Shown: piece after piece, positions 51,595 to 64,000 of the stretch
How the letters are laid out: every line of letters starts with the position of its first letter
How positions within the stretch are numbered: position 1 is the stretch's first letter
Source: Balanoglossus misakiensis
Taxonomy: Eukaryota > Animalia > Hemichordata
Direction of reading: 5' to 3'
NCBI GenBank assembly: GCA_040954595.2
Contig: CM082591.2
Location: 8,932,759-8,996,758 of the forward strand
DNA length: 64,000 bases
Translations under genes and position numbers: made by a program
The notes under the pieces: generated by a model
What the model saw: only the letters and a program-made list of their open reading frames with translations
The model's database searches: none
What the model was told of the DNA's origin: nothing

Positions 51595-54500
51595 TGTATG
51601 TATGTATGTAGGAATTTTATCAGAATTATTAGGCCCATTTGGTATATGTATTTATACCACGGGACCTTATGGCGATCAGTTTCACCTGTATGTATGTATG
51701 TATGGATGTATGTCTGTATGTCCGTTCACATCAAACACTTGGAAACCACTAGCATATCACCTTGATATTTAGTGTGCAGATGCAGGCAGGGCTGTAGATG
51801 GGAGTTTGTCTAATAAGATGGGAAAATGTAAAATTTGTCAAAACTCAGAAAATCGACAATCTCATATGTACTTTTAATTATGTCTATTAAATGATATTTC
51901 ATGATAATATATCAAGCTCAACACTTATTTATGACAAAATGGCCAAAAATTAAAGAAAAACGAAAATTCCTATAATTTTTAAAAAAGTGCAATATTGCAA
52001 TGAAAAAAGAAAATATAATGTCCTAGCGGTGTACATTTACTTCCATGAGCTCAAGTGGACGAGATCATGTTTTGTTTATAAAGTTTCATAACCGGAAATG
52101 CAACATTTTCATTGTTTCTTGCATTTTCCCACAGTGGCTGCCATAATCGCTTGCGGCAAAGCTTTATTATTTATCTGGTTAAAACTTGCATATGCACTCA
52201 TATTTAGAGTTTATAATGCTTGTGTATAATTCACTGCCTTCATCTGCATGGACTAATGGCAGTACAATTTGAAACAAAAATTATGATAATTATTCCCAAA
52301 GTTGCAGCTTATGTGCCTGTAAAGTATATGGTCATTATGACACAGACCAAAGAGTCTGAGTGTTTTATTAAAAACATCAAAATTATACAATTTTTATGTG
52401 GTATGTCATTGTGTATGTATGTGTACATGTAACGTTTATGCATGGACATACATGTATGTCCATGGTTTATGTTGTCCCCAAAATATACAAAATGTCCCCA
52501 AAAGTAAATAGTGTGGGGGGGGGACACAGTGTCCCCTGTTATAAAATTCCTGGCTGCAACACTGCAGCTGACTTCTTTGAAATTTAGTATGAAGCTACCT
52601 ATAGGTGATCTGAGTTACCATAATTTTGTTTAAATTGAGCGATTTAATTGTTTTTTTTTTTCATCTGAAAGCGCTCGTCTGATTACTTTCAATTTTGTTG
52701 GCATGTTCCTATGGGTAACCCAAGTATGATGTTGTAAATAATGGGGTGAAAATTGCGTGCTTGTGTTATTGGGGAAATTATGAGACCGCTTGTCAGATTG
52801 CTTTGAAATTTGGTAGTCATGTAGTGTTTGAAGTAAGATATTGGACAATTTTGGTGATATTTGCATATTTTTTTTGCCACTTTGAACAAATATTGTTTTT
52901 CTCTAAAATTGCTTGTCGGATTTCTTTGAAATTTGGTAGGAATAATTTTTCTGTGATTGCTTTGGAATTTGGGATACAAGTTCATAACACTATATGTGCA
53001 ACTTTTATTACCTTTGAACACTGAGCTCCCCAGGGTAACATGACCTTAACCTCCCAGGTATATCCTGAGCTCCCCAGGGGGGTCTTGTCTGAAATATCAT
53101 TTCTTTCTGAAATCATATTTGTATGCCCTTTTGTATTTTTTAAGAGGTGTATACATTAGTCAAGTCGAAAATTTCCAAACCCTAAGAATGTTCTTTCCAA
53201 TGATTTTTTTCCTGATGGGCCCCTAGAACTATTTCAGCTTAGTTGCCAAAATGGCACTGTTAGTCATTTCTTCTAATTTGCATGATCAGAAATGGCCACC
53301 GAAATACCTCCTCTAAAATTAAATTTTGCCCTTTTTTCTCAAAATGATGTGAAGAATCTAATTTTCAGGATTCGCATTCATATGGTACCTTAAACAATAC
53401 AACTGTATTGCAAGTATGGCAGTGTTGGGTAACTTTTCTAATTTGCATAATCAAATATGGCCGCAAAACACTACTAAAGGTGAAATTTTGCCACGTTTCC
53501 TGAAATGATGCGTAATATTTAAATAATAACACATGTTAGCGAGGGCAATATCATGATCTTTGGCCTGCACGAGGGATGGTGATCTCTGACCATAATATTG
53601 ATGATGCCCTCGCCTGCGGCTCGGGCATCATCAATATTATGGTCAGAGATCACCAGCCGGAGGTCAGGCCAAAGATCATGATAATGTCCGAGCAGGACAT
53701 GTGTTATTAATTTTATTATACCGAACATTTGACCATACATACAGCCTAGAGGGTTGCGTCCATGTCGTACATTGCAGGTTGCAGCGAACTAAAATATCTC
53801 GCCATACCTACTTCGAACTCAGATAATCTTGAGGAAACCACGCTGTTGGTTGCGACTTTGGTGTATTTACTGTCCTTTTGCGGTAAAATATCGTCCAGTT
53901 GAACAGCTGTTAATCCTGTGTGTCGCTTTGAAGCCATAGATGCAGGAGTTGACTGATCGTGAAGGAAGCCATTGAACGACAGTTTGTTATGCGCAGAAAA
54001 GATGCGCAGAACCTAAAACCTGTTCTCAGCCTGCAATATACTCTCAGCGCGCGCGTATCCCCGGCCCGTAGCCCCTACCTACAGGCCATATACTCTGTCA
54101 ACCATGTAATATCACATTCTTTTCTATGTCACGTGGTACGGTTTCAGCCAATCAAAAGTACAGAATACAGAGTGAGGTGTAATAACACATTTTAAGGACT
54201 TGCATCCATATTTTAAACAATACAACTTTATTACAAATATGGCAGTGTTGGGCAACTCTTCTAATTTGCATAATCAAAATGGAAATTGAACATTCTCTTA
54301 TCAAAGCAATTAATCTGATTCTGAATCCGTTTTCCCCCCAAAACAGAACACGATAAAATTTCTTTGCCAATGGCAGTATAACATAATTAACACAAAATCT
54401 GAGATGTCCTAGGATATGTCCAATTTCTGAAAATTATATACATGTTGTAGGATGTAAAAGACAACCTGCACTGAAAACTTGTGAACTTGGCATGGGCAGG

Positions 54501-55480
54501 CAGATGGCATAAACAGGGATGGGGGGGGGGGGGTATACATCTCCCCGTTGCCATTTTTTTTTTTGGGGGGGGGGGAGGATATCTCTAGCATGTGAGTGAC
54601 ATCATTTTAAAGGGCCTTGGTCCCCTCAACAGGGGGTTGTGTGCCATATGTGCTGGTAAACAAGGAAGCAAACGAAAACAATTTAAGGCCTGACTGCATA
54701 ACTAGAAAGAAAACACACTGCAGACACCCATTATAATAATTTATATCAATGATAGTGATGTTCGAAAGATGCTATGATGATGTAAATTTTATGTTAATTA
54801 GATATACTCTGCCAAAAATATGATTTGTCCCCCTTTCTAACCTGCTGTGGGTCACAATGTCCCAATGCTTTGTTAACGTCACACAGTTCTGTGTGGTTTG
54901 AGCTAATAGTGTGAATTTTCTATCTTTTATGCATTTTTTGGTCTTGGTCTACATTTTGGTTAAAAATCTACTTTTCTGGAATTGATCATCCGATTTCTTT
55001 GAAATTTAGTATGAAGCTTTATTTAGGTGATCTGAGTTACCCATAGTTTTGTTCAATTTGTTGCAAAATTTGCATATTAATAGTTTTGGAGCAATTTTTG
55101 CCTTTTTTTGGTAATTTTTTTCTCTCTAAAACAACTTGTGAGGTTGCTTTGAAATTTGGTAGGCATGTTCCTTGGGTTACCCCAAGAAAGATTTGCACGT
55201 ATGTTTTTCAAATCAACTTGGAGAATTCAAGAGTATATTTTTGGGGTGATTTTTTGCCATTTTTGGTCAAAACTCTTTCTCAGAACCCTCTACCCTAATG
55301 CTTTAAAATTTGACACGAAGGTTCCTGGGTGATTTGTCAGGATGATTTACAAAACCTATGATGAAAGTGCCAATGGTTTGTGGGAGCAATATCTTGTATT
55401 TTAGGGGCATATTATCCAATTTTGATAAAAAAAATTATATTTCTCAGAAATTATATGGCTGAGTATTTTAAAATTTGAGT
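51595..55480. repeat. Patchwork of degenerate interspersed repeats (HINE-like GTAT microsatellite and TTTGAAATTT(G/A)GTA modules)
   Basis: (GTAT)n at 51595 and 51687. TTTGAAATTT(G/A)GTA recurs at ~52575, 52800, 52925, 54997 and 55147. Confidence 0.4.
53524..54190. mobile_element. Non-autonomous Crypton-like element with a recombinase N-terminal remnant
   Basis: A ~185-bp hairpin at 53524-53709 has a CTCGCCTGCGGCTCG loop. The direct repeat TAATAACACAT is at both ends. Minus-strand MASKRH..QLDDIL..KDSKYTKVAT resembles Crypton YR N-termini. Confidence 0.6.
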
Positions 55481-55485
55481 CGTAA

Positions 55486-56275
55486 GGGGCCGTTCAATTT
55501 TTACGGCTGGGGGGGGGGGGTGGTCGGCAAAATCCAGGTCGGGGGTCACTTAAATTTTGAAATCCAAAGTGGGGGGGGGGGGGGGGTCATCCTTTTTTTT
55601 AAACGGGGGGGTTGGAGGGGTGGGGTCACATTCTTTTGCCTCTGACATTTGGCTTTTGAGTCCACAAAATTGCTGTTTTGCACCCTTTATTTTACAAAAT
55701 TTTCTAATGTGGGAGGGGGACACACCTTCCCCTCCATTCTTCGCCACATTTCATTTATTGGCTGGTTTGTCTAGTGTACCAGGGCAGACTACTTGCCACC
55801 CCATCCCACCCATGCTTACTTTGGGTGGAGTGCCAAAAGTAAAATTGGTTTTCCCCAACATTGAGTTAATTTGCTTTTGTGTTCATTAAAATGCAAGGGG
55901 GGACACCCCCTCCCACACCCACCCCCACCACTTTTCTTGTTTTACCAATTCTAGCAATTATTGTATTGACTTTTCATTTTAATTTATTCATAGATTTCTT
56001 TATTGCAACGATATACTATTATATACTTCAATTACTTTAAGAAATTTATAATTGAGGTGTGAGGAGCCTCATTCCCTTTATTGCATACAGTGTACATAGG
56101 TTCAGGACGGCAATTTTTTTCGGCGTGGGGGGGGGGGTCCATTATATTTTTGGGCCTGTCAAAAGGGGGGGGTCATCATTTTTTGGTTCTGGGGGAAGGG
56201 GGTGGGGTCGGCCTGATTTTAAAAACTAATGACACAAACTTGCCGGGCCCCCAGCCGTAAAAATTGAACAGTCCC
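55486..56275. mobile_element. PIF/Harbinger-type MITE (790 bp)
   Basis: TAA|GGGGCCGTTCAATTTTTACGGCTGG ... CCAGCCGTAAAAATTGAACAGTCCC|TAA. Confidence 0.88.
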
Positions 56276-57900
56276 TAAGTTAATGTGATTGGCTTCTTTA
56301 GAATTATAATGGAATCAAATCATAGGTAATTTGGAACTTTTATATTTTGTAGGATATTTTGTCTTATTCCACATTAAAATTCATCTCAAGAAAAGCAATT
56401 TATTAGGCCATAGTTCTTTGTAATAAAGGAGGAACCCACTAGTGAGATTTGAATGCACAGTAAATTCCTGCATCTGGTTAACTGTTCTATTTGGTGTATG
56501 GACAGTACATATGCCATTTGTAGCTTATGGTTCAGTCAGTGTTTGCCTGTTGATCTCTCTATGTGTGTGCGCGTCTGCCTGTATATGTACTCCGATGTAG
56601 ACTTTCTCTTGTGTAATCCCTCAATGGGACCACTGTGTTCGTGACGCGACTTTTTTATTTTGGTCTACTCTCAAATAATATGGCGTATTTTCAGGGTTTT
56701 CATATATAGAATTGATTTCCTATACTATTCATACTACAGGTCAAAGAAATGCGCGAAATGTTGGGTCAAGTGTAAATTCACTTAAACAAAATATTGAACA
56801 TTTTATGAATGGAAATGGTTATAAGCCTGAAAGAGGGAATTGTATTTGTCATTAAATTTAGAGGGAAGTGGTCATCCTACCCCGTGGGTGTCCCCCTTGA
56901 TAAGAATATGTCCTCCCCATACAAGCGCAAACGCCACTTCATTCGCCACGACCTAAAAGGATCTTCAGTTGCTGTCATGCCCAGTCTACGCTACAGTTGG
57001 CTGCTTCGTTCATTCTAAGAATTATCTAATTTCAGGGATTTGTGGATGAATTGTAATGTTTATAAACAAACGAGCACAACACAATGACCATTTCAATTGA
57101 CGTAATAATTTCTGATGGACTTATCTTCAGTTTCAACTGAGTCAGAATGCCACTAGTACTTTGAGAAATCCCATACTAATCATGTAGCATGGAAAAACAA
57201 CCTCTTTATCCAAAATATATGTTCATCCCTAATGATACAGTCACAAAGAGCCATGCACTCTGCATCATCCTGTTTCTCCATCTTGTGATGGGGGAACAGG
57301 ATGATGCAGTTTCATCTCCTCTTTTTGCAATTTTTAAGCATGTTCATCTGGTGGGTTTATGACGACAGTACATATGATCCATACAGGCTGATGCATGAAC
57401 AGCCATGGGAAATATATCAATGCACTCATGAACTAGATCTGCAGACAGTGTCATACCTTTTAGAGCTTCTTTCCTGATCTTTATGACAGTCAGTTTGCCA
57501 AAGTGGCCAGCACAGACATTCTTCCAAATACCTTTCACAGTGCAGACAGACAAGGCATAAAGCGTATGTTGCTTGTAAGGAACACATCTCCAACTGGTAC
57601 TTTGGGCCACTCAAACTGCCCATGTACAGATAGGAAACCCACATACCGGTACTTCCATTCCTGAACCTTTCATTAGTTTTGTGGTGCAGTGTAGGAATTA
57701 AGATTGGCTCGACAATTTGCACACTTAATTGCCTATAAGCATAAAAAGAAATGTTTCTGGTCAGGCCTTTCTTTAAAAAATGGTGTGGTGACGCGAATTT
57801 AAAAAGAAATTTCCTCAAAGGGAGGAAGGATGGTCAGTTCCATAGTTTTATCAATATAGTCACATGTATAGTGAAATTAACTTTTTATCTTGGTGGTAAT

Positions 57901-58228
57901 TTTGATTGAAAAATAACATTTCAAAGACAGCATGAATAAATTTTAGTACCCATTTTGCAAGATCAGTTTGCAAGATACATTTTTACAGAAACGGGTGATC
58001 AATTTTTTTAATGATTCATGTTATCAGGGACAGCTTGTATTCATGAAGTGGGGATGTTTATGGTGGGACTCTTTGAACATGGCTGTACCCAAAGTGTGTG
58101 TACGGTGGATAAAAAATACTATCTTATGTTTGATAAAAAAAAAAAAAAAATTATCTTGCAAACTGATCTTGCAAAATGGGTACTAAAATTTATTCATGCT
58201 GTCTTTGAAATGTTATTTTTCAATCAAA
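57901..58228. repeat. Perfect ~77-bp inverted repeat with ~175-bp spacer
   Basis: 57901-57977 is the reverse complement of 58152-58228; no clear TSD. Confidence 0.9.
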
Positions 58229-59542
58229 TCTTGAAACTACTTTCCCACAATATAAAATCATTTTGATCTTATACTAAAGCTAAATAAGTAGTTATAGTAG
58301 TAGTTTTATACTTTTGTAAGTGTTTTACTTGTCTCTAAATGTTAGACCTGCAAAATTGGAAGGCTGGTCCATCAATAAAAGTAGACTTTTTCTGTTCATT
58401 GATCATTACCAACCCCCACCCACCCATGTTGATGGCAGGCATTGAGGATGCAAGGTACATTCATGTTAAATATTTTTATTGAATAATACTGAGATCAAGT
58501 TGAATAAAGAAACATTTTGAACAGCTAGTGTGCCACTGTCCTGTAAGACATAAACTTTATAATAAACAGTAGACATGAGACTGTAATGCAATGCCGTGAA
58601 TTCAGCTCTTCTATTATCAGTGGTCGCGCTTCTTTTTTTATTTCCTGAGTCTGTGGGGAAGCAATGAAACCACAAATTACTTCCTCTGCTCTTTTGACTG
58701 CATCTTTACCTAATTTGCGTATCTTGATTAGGTTGTTGGCGTTGCTCTAATGGTCTCAAAATGTAACCATTGAGTACTTGATAAAAACAATTGTGTCATT
58801 TCAGTCAATAATCTTTGAGGCCGAGCGTAGTCTTTAGTGTACTGTGTCATGCGGTTGCCCTCACATCCAGTGATTTATAGCCAGCTGAAACAGAACGTAG
58901 TTTGCCAAGGCAGCCACCAAAAAACAGAAAAAAGGGTTTATGCCTTGTTATTCAAGTGACGTGCGCACTGACCAGAAGCATTTCATTTATTTGGCCTAAT
59001 TAACAAATTAACACCAGAAATGGATTCAATGTATATAAACAAATTAAAAAATAATATATTACACAATAATCATGAAACAAGACGGGCAAAAGTTAAATTA
59101 TACAGGGGTGTGTGGCGCCCATTTTGAATTATGCAAATTAGAACAGTTGTCTAATATTGCCATGTCAACCAAGTTGAAATTGTTTTAGGTACCCATATTA
59201 ATGAAAACCCTGAAATAAGATATAACATACCATTTTAAGACAAACATGGGAAATTACATTTTAGGGGTGTTAGAGGTGTTTTTTTGCACGTGTACTCTAG
59301 TTCCGAATGACATACTAAGATGGATGATGCATGGTCAACTTTTTAACCTAATAAAATTAAATGACATAATTTTTAACCCAAAAACGCCACCATTTCCGGG
59401 GATCAATAATATATGCAACTCAAACAAAAGTTCAAAAACTCAGCCTGCAGAATATATATGGTTTATGGGGGTTTTAACTTTGTCTTTGATGAGGAATAGG
59501 CCTCTGAAAAAGTCTTGACGGTTTCATGCAATGCCACCTTAA

Positions 59543-60118
59543 AGGTCTCATGTCATGCTTTGGAAAGTTTTCATTTTTCCACGTCAAAAGCTCACCTAGG
59601 GTACCAGTCTATGCATTGCCTATTGTGTCGGTTCCGAAAAATGTGCATGAATGCCGGAATTTGCCCCCTTTTTTCATGCCTGTGATCAGGGAGCCACTTC
59701 GCACTCGAGCCAGGCGAAGGTATTTGCATATGGACAAACAAGTACACTACGTCCTAGTGTACCATTCTGCTAACAGTAAAGTGTAATTAGCAGTCCATGA
59801 GTAATTAAGTCCACAGACAAAGACAAGCTATATAAACAGTGTTCAAAGCAAAGGAAGCCCTTGCCTCACATTACAGGCAGAGGATTTACGAAGGTGTGAA
59901 AGACTATTTGTCCACATCAAGATAAGTCTTCGACTGAACTTCGAAAAGCCAAAAAAACTCGACTGAGTTGGGTTAGGGGTACACGCCCACCCGCCACTTT
60001 TACTTGCTTGTTATCTAAGCACAAGGGGCAAAACGCATTGCAAGATAGTAACATACGTTAACTTCAAGACCCAAATAGTGATTTTACGCGTGGTTGTATA
60101 GGGCATGGCATGAGACCT
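59543..60118. mobile_element. Kolobok-type MITE (576 bp)
   Basis: TTAA|AGGTCTCATGTCATGC ... GCATGGCATGAGACCT|TTAA. Confidence 0.85.
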
Positions 60119-61320
60119 TTAAGCATAGTCATAGTATCCAACAAAATTAGTTTGTTCCTACACGAATAGCGAACACTTTGCTCCCCCCCCCCTCCCCATG
60201 AATGGCTCTTTCCAAAAACACATTTTATTGAGCGAAATATTGAATTGAATTGGAGTGGACGCTCATTTTATCATGGAAAACCACTCTCAAATGACTTGTG
60301 ATCAGAAACGAAACGGTGTCACTTGTCGCATATTCGGATATACAGAATTTTCATACTGGCTGTATGTAAACAGCGAAGACATTAATCAACAGTCATTGTC
60401 CGCTCACCGTGTGCCCAATCGGCCATTGAATTGACTACCGTAGCAAAAGAGCTTTGTGGGTAGAGATGATAACAGTCAGTCATTTTTGGTAGCACTACTG
60501 TGAAGCTGGTGAAATCTCTCCAGTCACTATGCTCATAGACCCATCCGAATCAAGTTCACTGATCCCGACTTCAAATTTATCGGTATTGAATTTGAAAAGG
60601 GAAAGAGTTTCTTTTCCATGCCTATAAAGAAAAAGTGGCCAACTGATGCAATATGTGCGATTAACTCAGTCAGTGTCCATATAAATGTATGAAGATTTGT
60701 CTTCTACATGTATCTACTGTAAAATAATTAAAAGACAATGACACACGCATTTTTTGCCATGTTTTATTCATTAGGCTACAAAATTGAGTTTTTAATTTCT
60801 TCAAGCGTCTCCGTTGTATGTCTGCTTCAATATAAGCAATGTTGCACATCTTGTTACATATGCCCATAGTGTAAGCCTGATAAAAAGGTGTGATGCCACT
60901 GCAGTGATCTTGAGGGTTGTGTTGGACTGCATATTTTCCTGCGCAGTGGGTTTATTCTGGCTCGATATAATATTTACACTCACAGATGTTACTCTATCCG
61001 TTGGTGGCATTGAATTTGAAGACGGCACTTTCACTTTGTCTTTCAGCTTTGAAACATGGACACCAATGTAAAACTGCGCAGTGGAAATGGTAATGGGTGG
61101 AAGTGGTCAGCATTGGTACCCAAGTGATTTGCCTGTGGAGTTTCCCAACATTACCCGCGATCGCATTCTTCGTCAAATTGTTCATGAATCGTTAAGCCGC
61201 TAAGACACTTCAGGTTAGGTTGACCCCCAACTTTTAGAATTTGCATGGCCAATGGGGAGAGGGCAGTTTTTCCTCATTTATAATTGACTCGAGGTTTTTT
61301 CACTGTCCTCAGGCGCGTAA

Positions 61321-61367
61321 TCATCATTATCATCACCAACTTCATCATCATCATCATCATCAATCAC

Positions 61368-61399
<32 letters not shown>

Positions 61400-61874
61400 A
61401 TCACAATCATCATCATCATCATCACAATCATCATCATCATCACCTTACCTCCATACATACCTACAAACAAACCAACAAACAAACAAACAAACCTTTTCCA
61501 TCATCATCATCATCTTCATCTTCATCTTCATCATCATCATCATCATCATCATCTTTATCTTCTTCATCACAATCATCATCACAATCATCATTATCATCAT
61601 CATCTTAATCATCATCATCATCATCATCACAATCATCATCATCATAATCATCTTAATCAACATCATCATCACCATCATCATCATCATCATCATCATCATT
61701 CCATCATCATCATCATCATCATCATCTTTATCTTCTTCATCATCGTCATCATCACCATACCTCCATACCTACCTACAAACCAACCAACCAACAAACAAAC
61801 AAACCTCCATCCATTATCATCATCATCATCACCTTCATCTTCATCATCTTCATCTTCATCTTCATCATCATCAT

Positions 61875-61921
<47 letters not shown>

Positions 61922-62019
61922 TTTCATCATTTTCAACATCATCATCATTCCATCACAATCTTCATCTTCATCATCACAATCATCATCTTCATCTTCATCT
62001 TAATCATCATCATCATCTT

Positions 62020-62058
<39 letters not shown>

Positions 62059-63073
62059 TCCATCAACATCATCATCACCATCATCGTCATCATCCTAATC
62101 ATCATCTTCATCTTCATCATCTTCATCTTCATCATCATCACAATCATCATCATCATCTTCATCACCTTACCTCCATACATACCTACAAACAAACAAACAA
62201 ACCTCCATCCATCATCATCATCACCTTCATCTTCATCTTCATCATCTTCATCTTCATCATCATCATCATCATCATCATCTTCATCATCATTTTCATCATC
62301 ATCATTCCATCATAATCTTCATCATCATCATCATCATCATCACAATCATCATCATCATCACCTTACCTCCATACATACCTACAAACAAACCAACAAACAA
62401 ACAAACCTCCATCCATCATCATCATCATCATCATCACCTTCATCTTCATCATCTTCATCTTCATCTTTATCTTCTTCATCACAATCATCATCACAATCAT
62501 CATTATCATCATCATCTTAATCATCATCATCATCATCACAATCATCATCATCATAATCATCATCTTTATCTTCTTCATCACCATTATCATCATCACATCA
62601 TCATCATTCCATCATCATCATCATCATCTTTATCTTCTTCATCATCATCATCATCATCACAATCATCACAATCATCATCATCTTCATCTTCATCATCATC
62701 ATCATCATCACCATACCTCCATACCTACCTACAAACAAACCAACAAACAAACAAACAAACCTCCATCTATCATCATCATCATCATCATCATCATCTTCAT
62801 TATCTTCATCATCACAATCATCATCATCATCATCTTAATCAACATCATCATCATCATCATCATCACCATCATCATCATCATAATCATCATCATCATCATT
62901 CCATCATCATCATCATCATCATCATTCCATCATCATCATCAATCACAATCTTCATCTTCATCATCTTCATCACCTTACCTCCATACATACCTACAAACAA
63001 ACAAACCTCCATCTATAATCATCATCATCATCACCTTCATCTTCATCATCTTCATCTTCATCATCATCATCAT

Positions 63074-63104
<31 letters not shown>

Positions 63105-63533
63105 CAATCATCATCTTCATCTTCATCATCATCATCATCATCTTAATCATCATCATCATCTTAATCATCATCATCATCATCATCATCTTCATCATCACAA
63201 TCATCATCATCATCATCATCATCTTAATCATCATCATCATCATCTTCATCATCACAATCATCATCATCATCATCATCATCATCTTAATCATCATCATCAT
63301 CATCATCGCAATCATCATCATCATAATCATCATTCCATCATCATCATCATCATCATTCCATCATCATTATCAATCACAATCATCATCACCTTCATCTTCA
63401 TCATCATCATCATCCCCTTACCTCCATACCTACCTACAAACAAACCAACCAACAAACAAACAAACCTCCATCTATCATCATCATCATCTTCATCATCACA
63501 ATCATCATCATCATCATCATCTTAATCATCATC

Positions 63534-63565
<32 letters not shown>

Positions 63566-64000
63566 TATAATCACCATCTTCATCTTCATCTTCTTCATCT
63601 TCATCATCATAACAATCATCATCATCATCTTCATTATTATCATCTCAATCATCATCATCATCATCATCATCTTCATCATCATCACAATCATCTTCATCAT
63701 CATCTTCATCCCCTTACCTCCATACCTACCTATAAACAAACAAACAAACAAACAAACCTTCATCCATCATCATCATCAACCAATCATCATCATCATCATC
63801 ATCATCATCATTCATCATCACAATCATCATCATCATCTTAATCAACATCATCATCATCATCATCATAATCATCATCATCATCATCATCATCATCACTATC
63901 ATCATCATCATCATCATCATCTTCATCATCACAATCATCATCATCATCATCATCTTAATCATCATCATCATCACCATCATCATCAGCATCATAATCATCA
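61321..64000. repeat. Compound (CAT)n satellite with interspersed ~50-bp CCATAC/CAAA modules, running off the window end
   Basis: Degenerate CAT/CTT/CAC/AAT triplets. The module CTTACCTCCATACATACCTACAAACAAAC.. appears at ~61441, 61753, 62163, 62358, 62709, 62971, 63415 and 63710. Confidence 0.97.

Noticed and set aside
57344-57818. Cys-rich minus-strand ORFs
   Set aside because: No recognisable zinc-finger spacing or splice structure.
61241-64000. Poly-His/Ser/Ile/Met ORFs
   Set aside because: These are translation artefacts of the (CAT)n satellite.

Overview
AT-rich eukaryotic DNA, probably from a marine invertebrate; spliceosomal GT-AG introns are present. I found no recognisable host protein-coding gene, RNA gene or CRISPR array. 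Bases 1-47,500 are a dense nest of mostly decayed transposable elements. A Zisupton/HMGXB3-like multi-exon gene has one intron holding a 19-kb EnSpm/CACTA element (TG target-site duplication, CTTATAAG subterminal arrays, a transposase pseudogene and a Tudor-like/coiled-coil/BEN gene). That element in turn carries IS5/Harbinger, hAT, foldback, Crypton-like and P-type MITE insertions. Four members of a large foldback family built from about 169-bp units occur in the window, several at junctions between unrelated elements. Next come a decayed P/THAP9-like transposase, an intact CR1-clade LINE, and a convergent EXO1-like nuclease gene that appears to splice onto a HIRAN-domain exon, which is the best candidate for an undescribed system. 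These are followed by DIRS/Ngaro fragments, a SAP-SWIM gene and a 176-bp x9 tandem array. Bases 47,500-61,300 are non-coding with MITEs, and the window ends in a compound (CAT)n satellite. All family assignments come from reading motifs and termini by eye, not from database searches.
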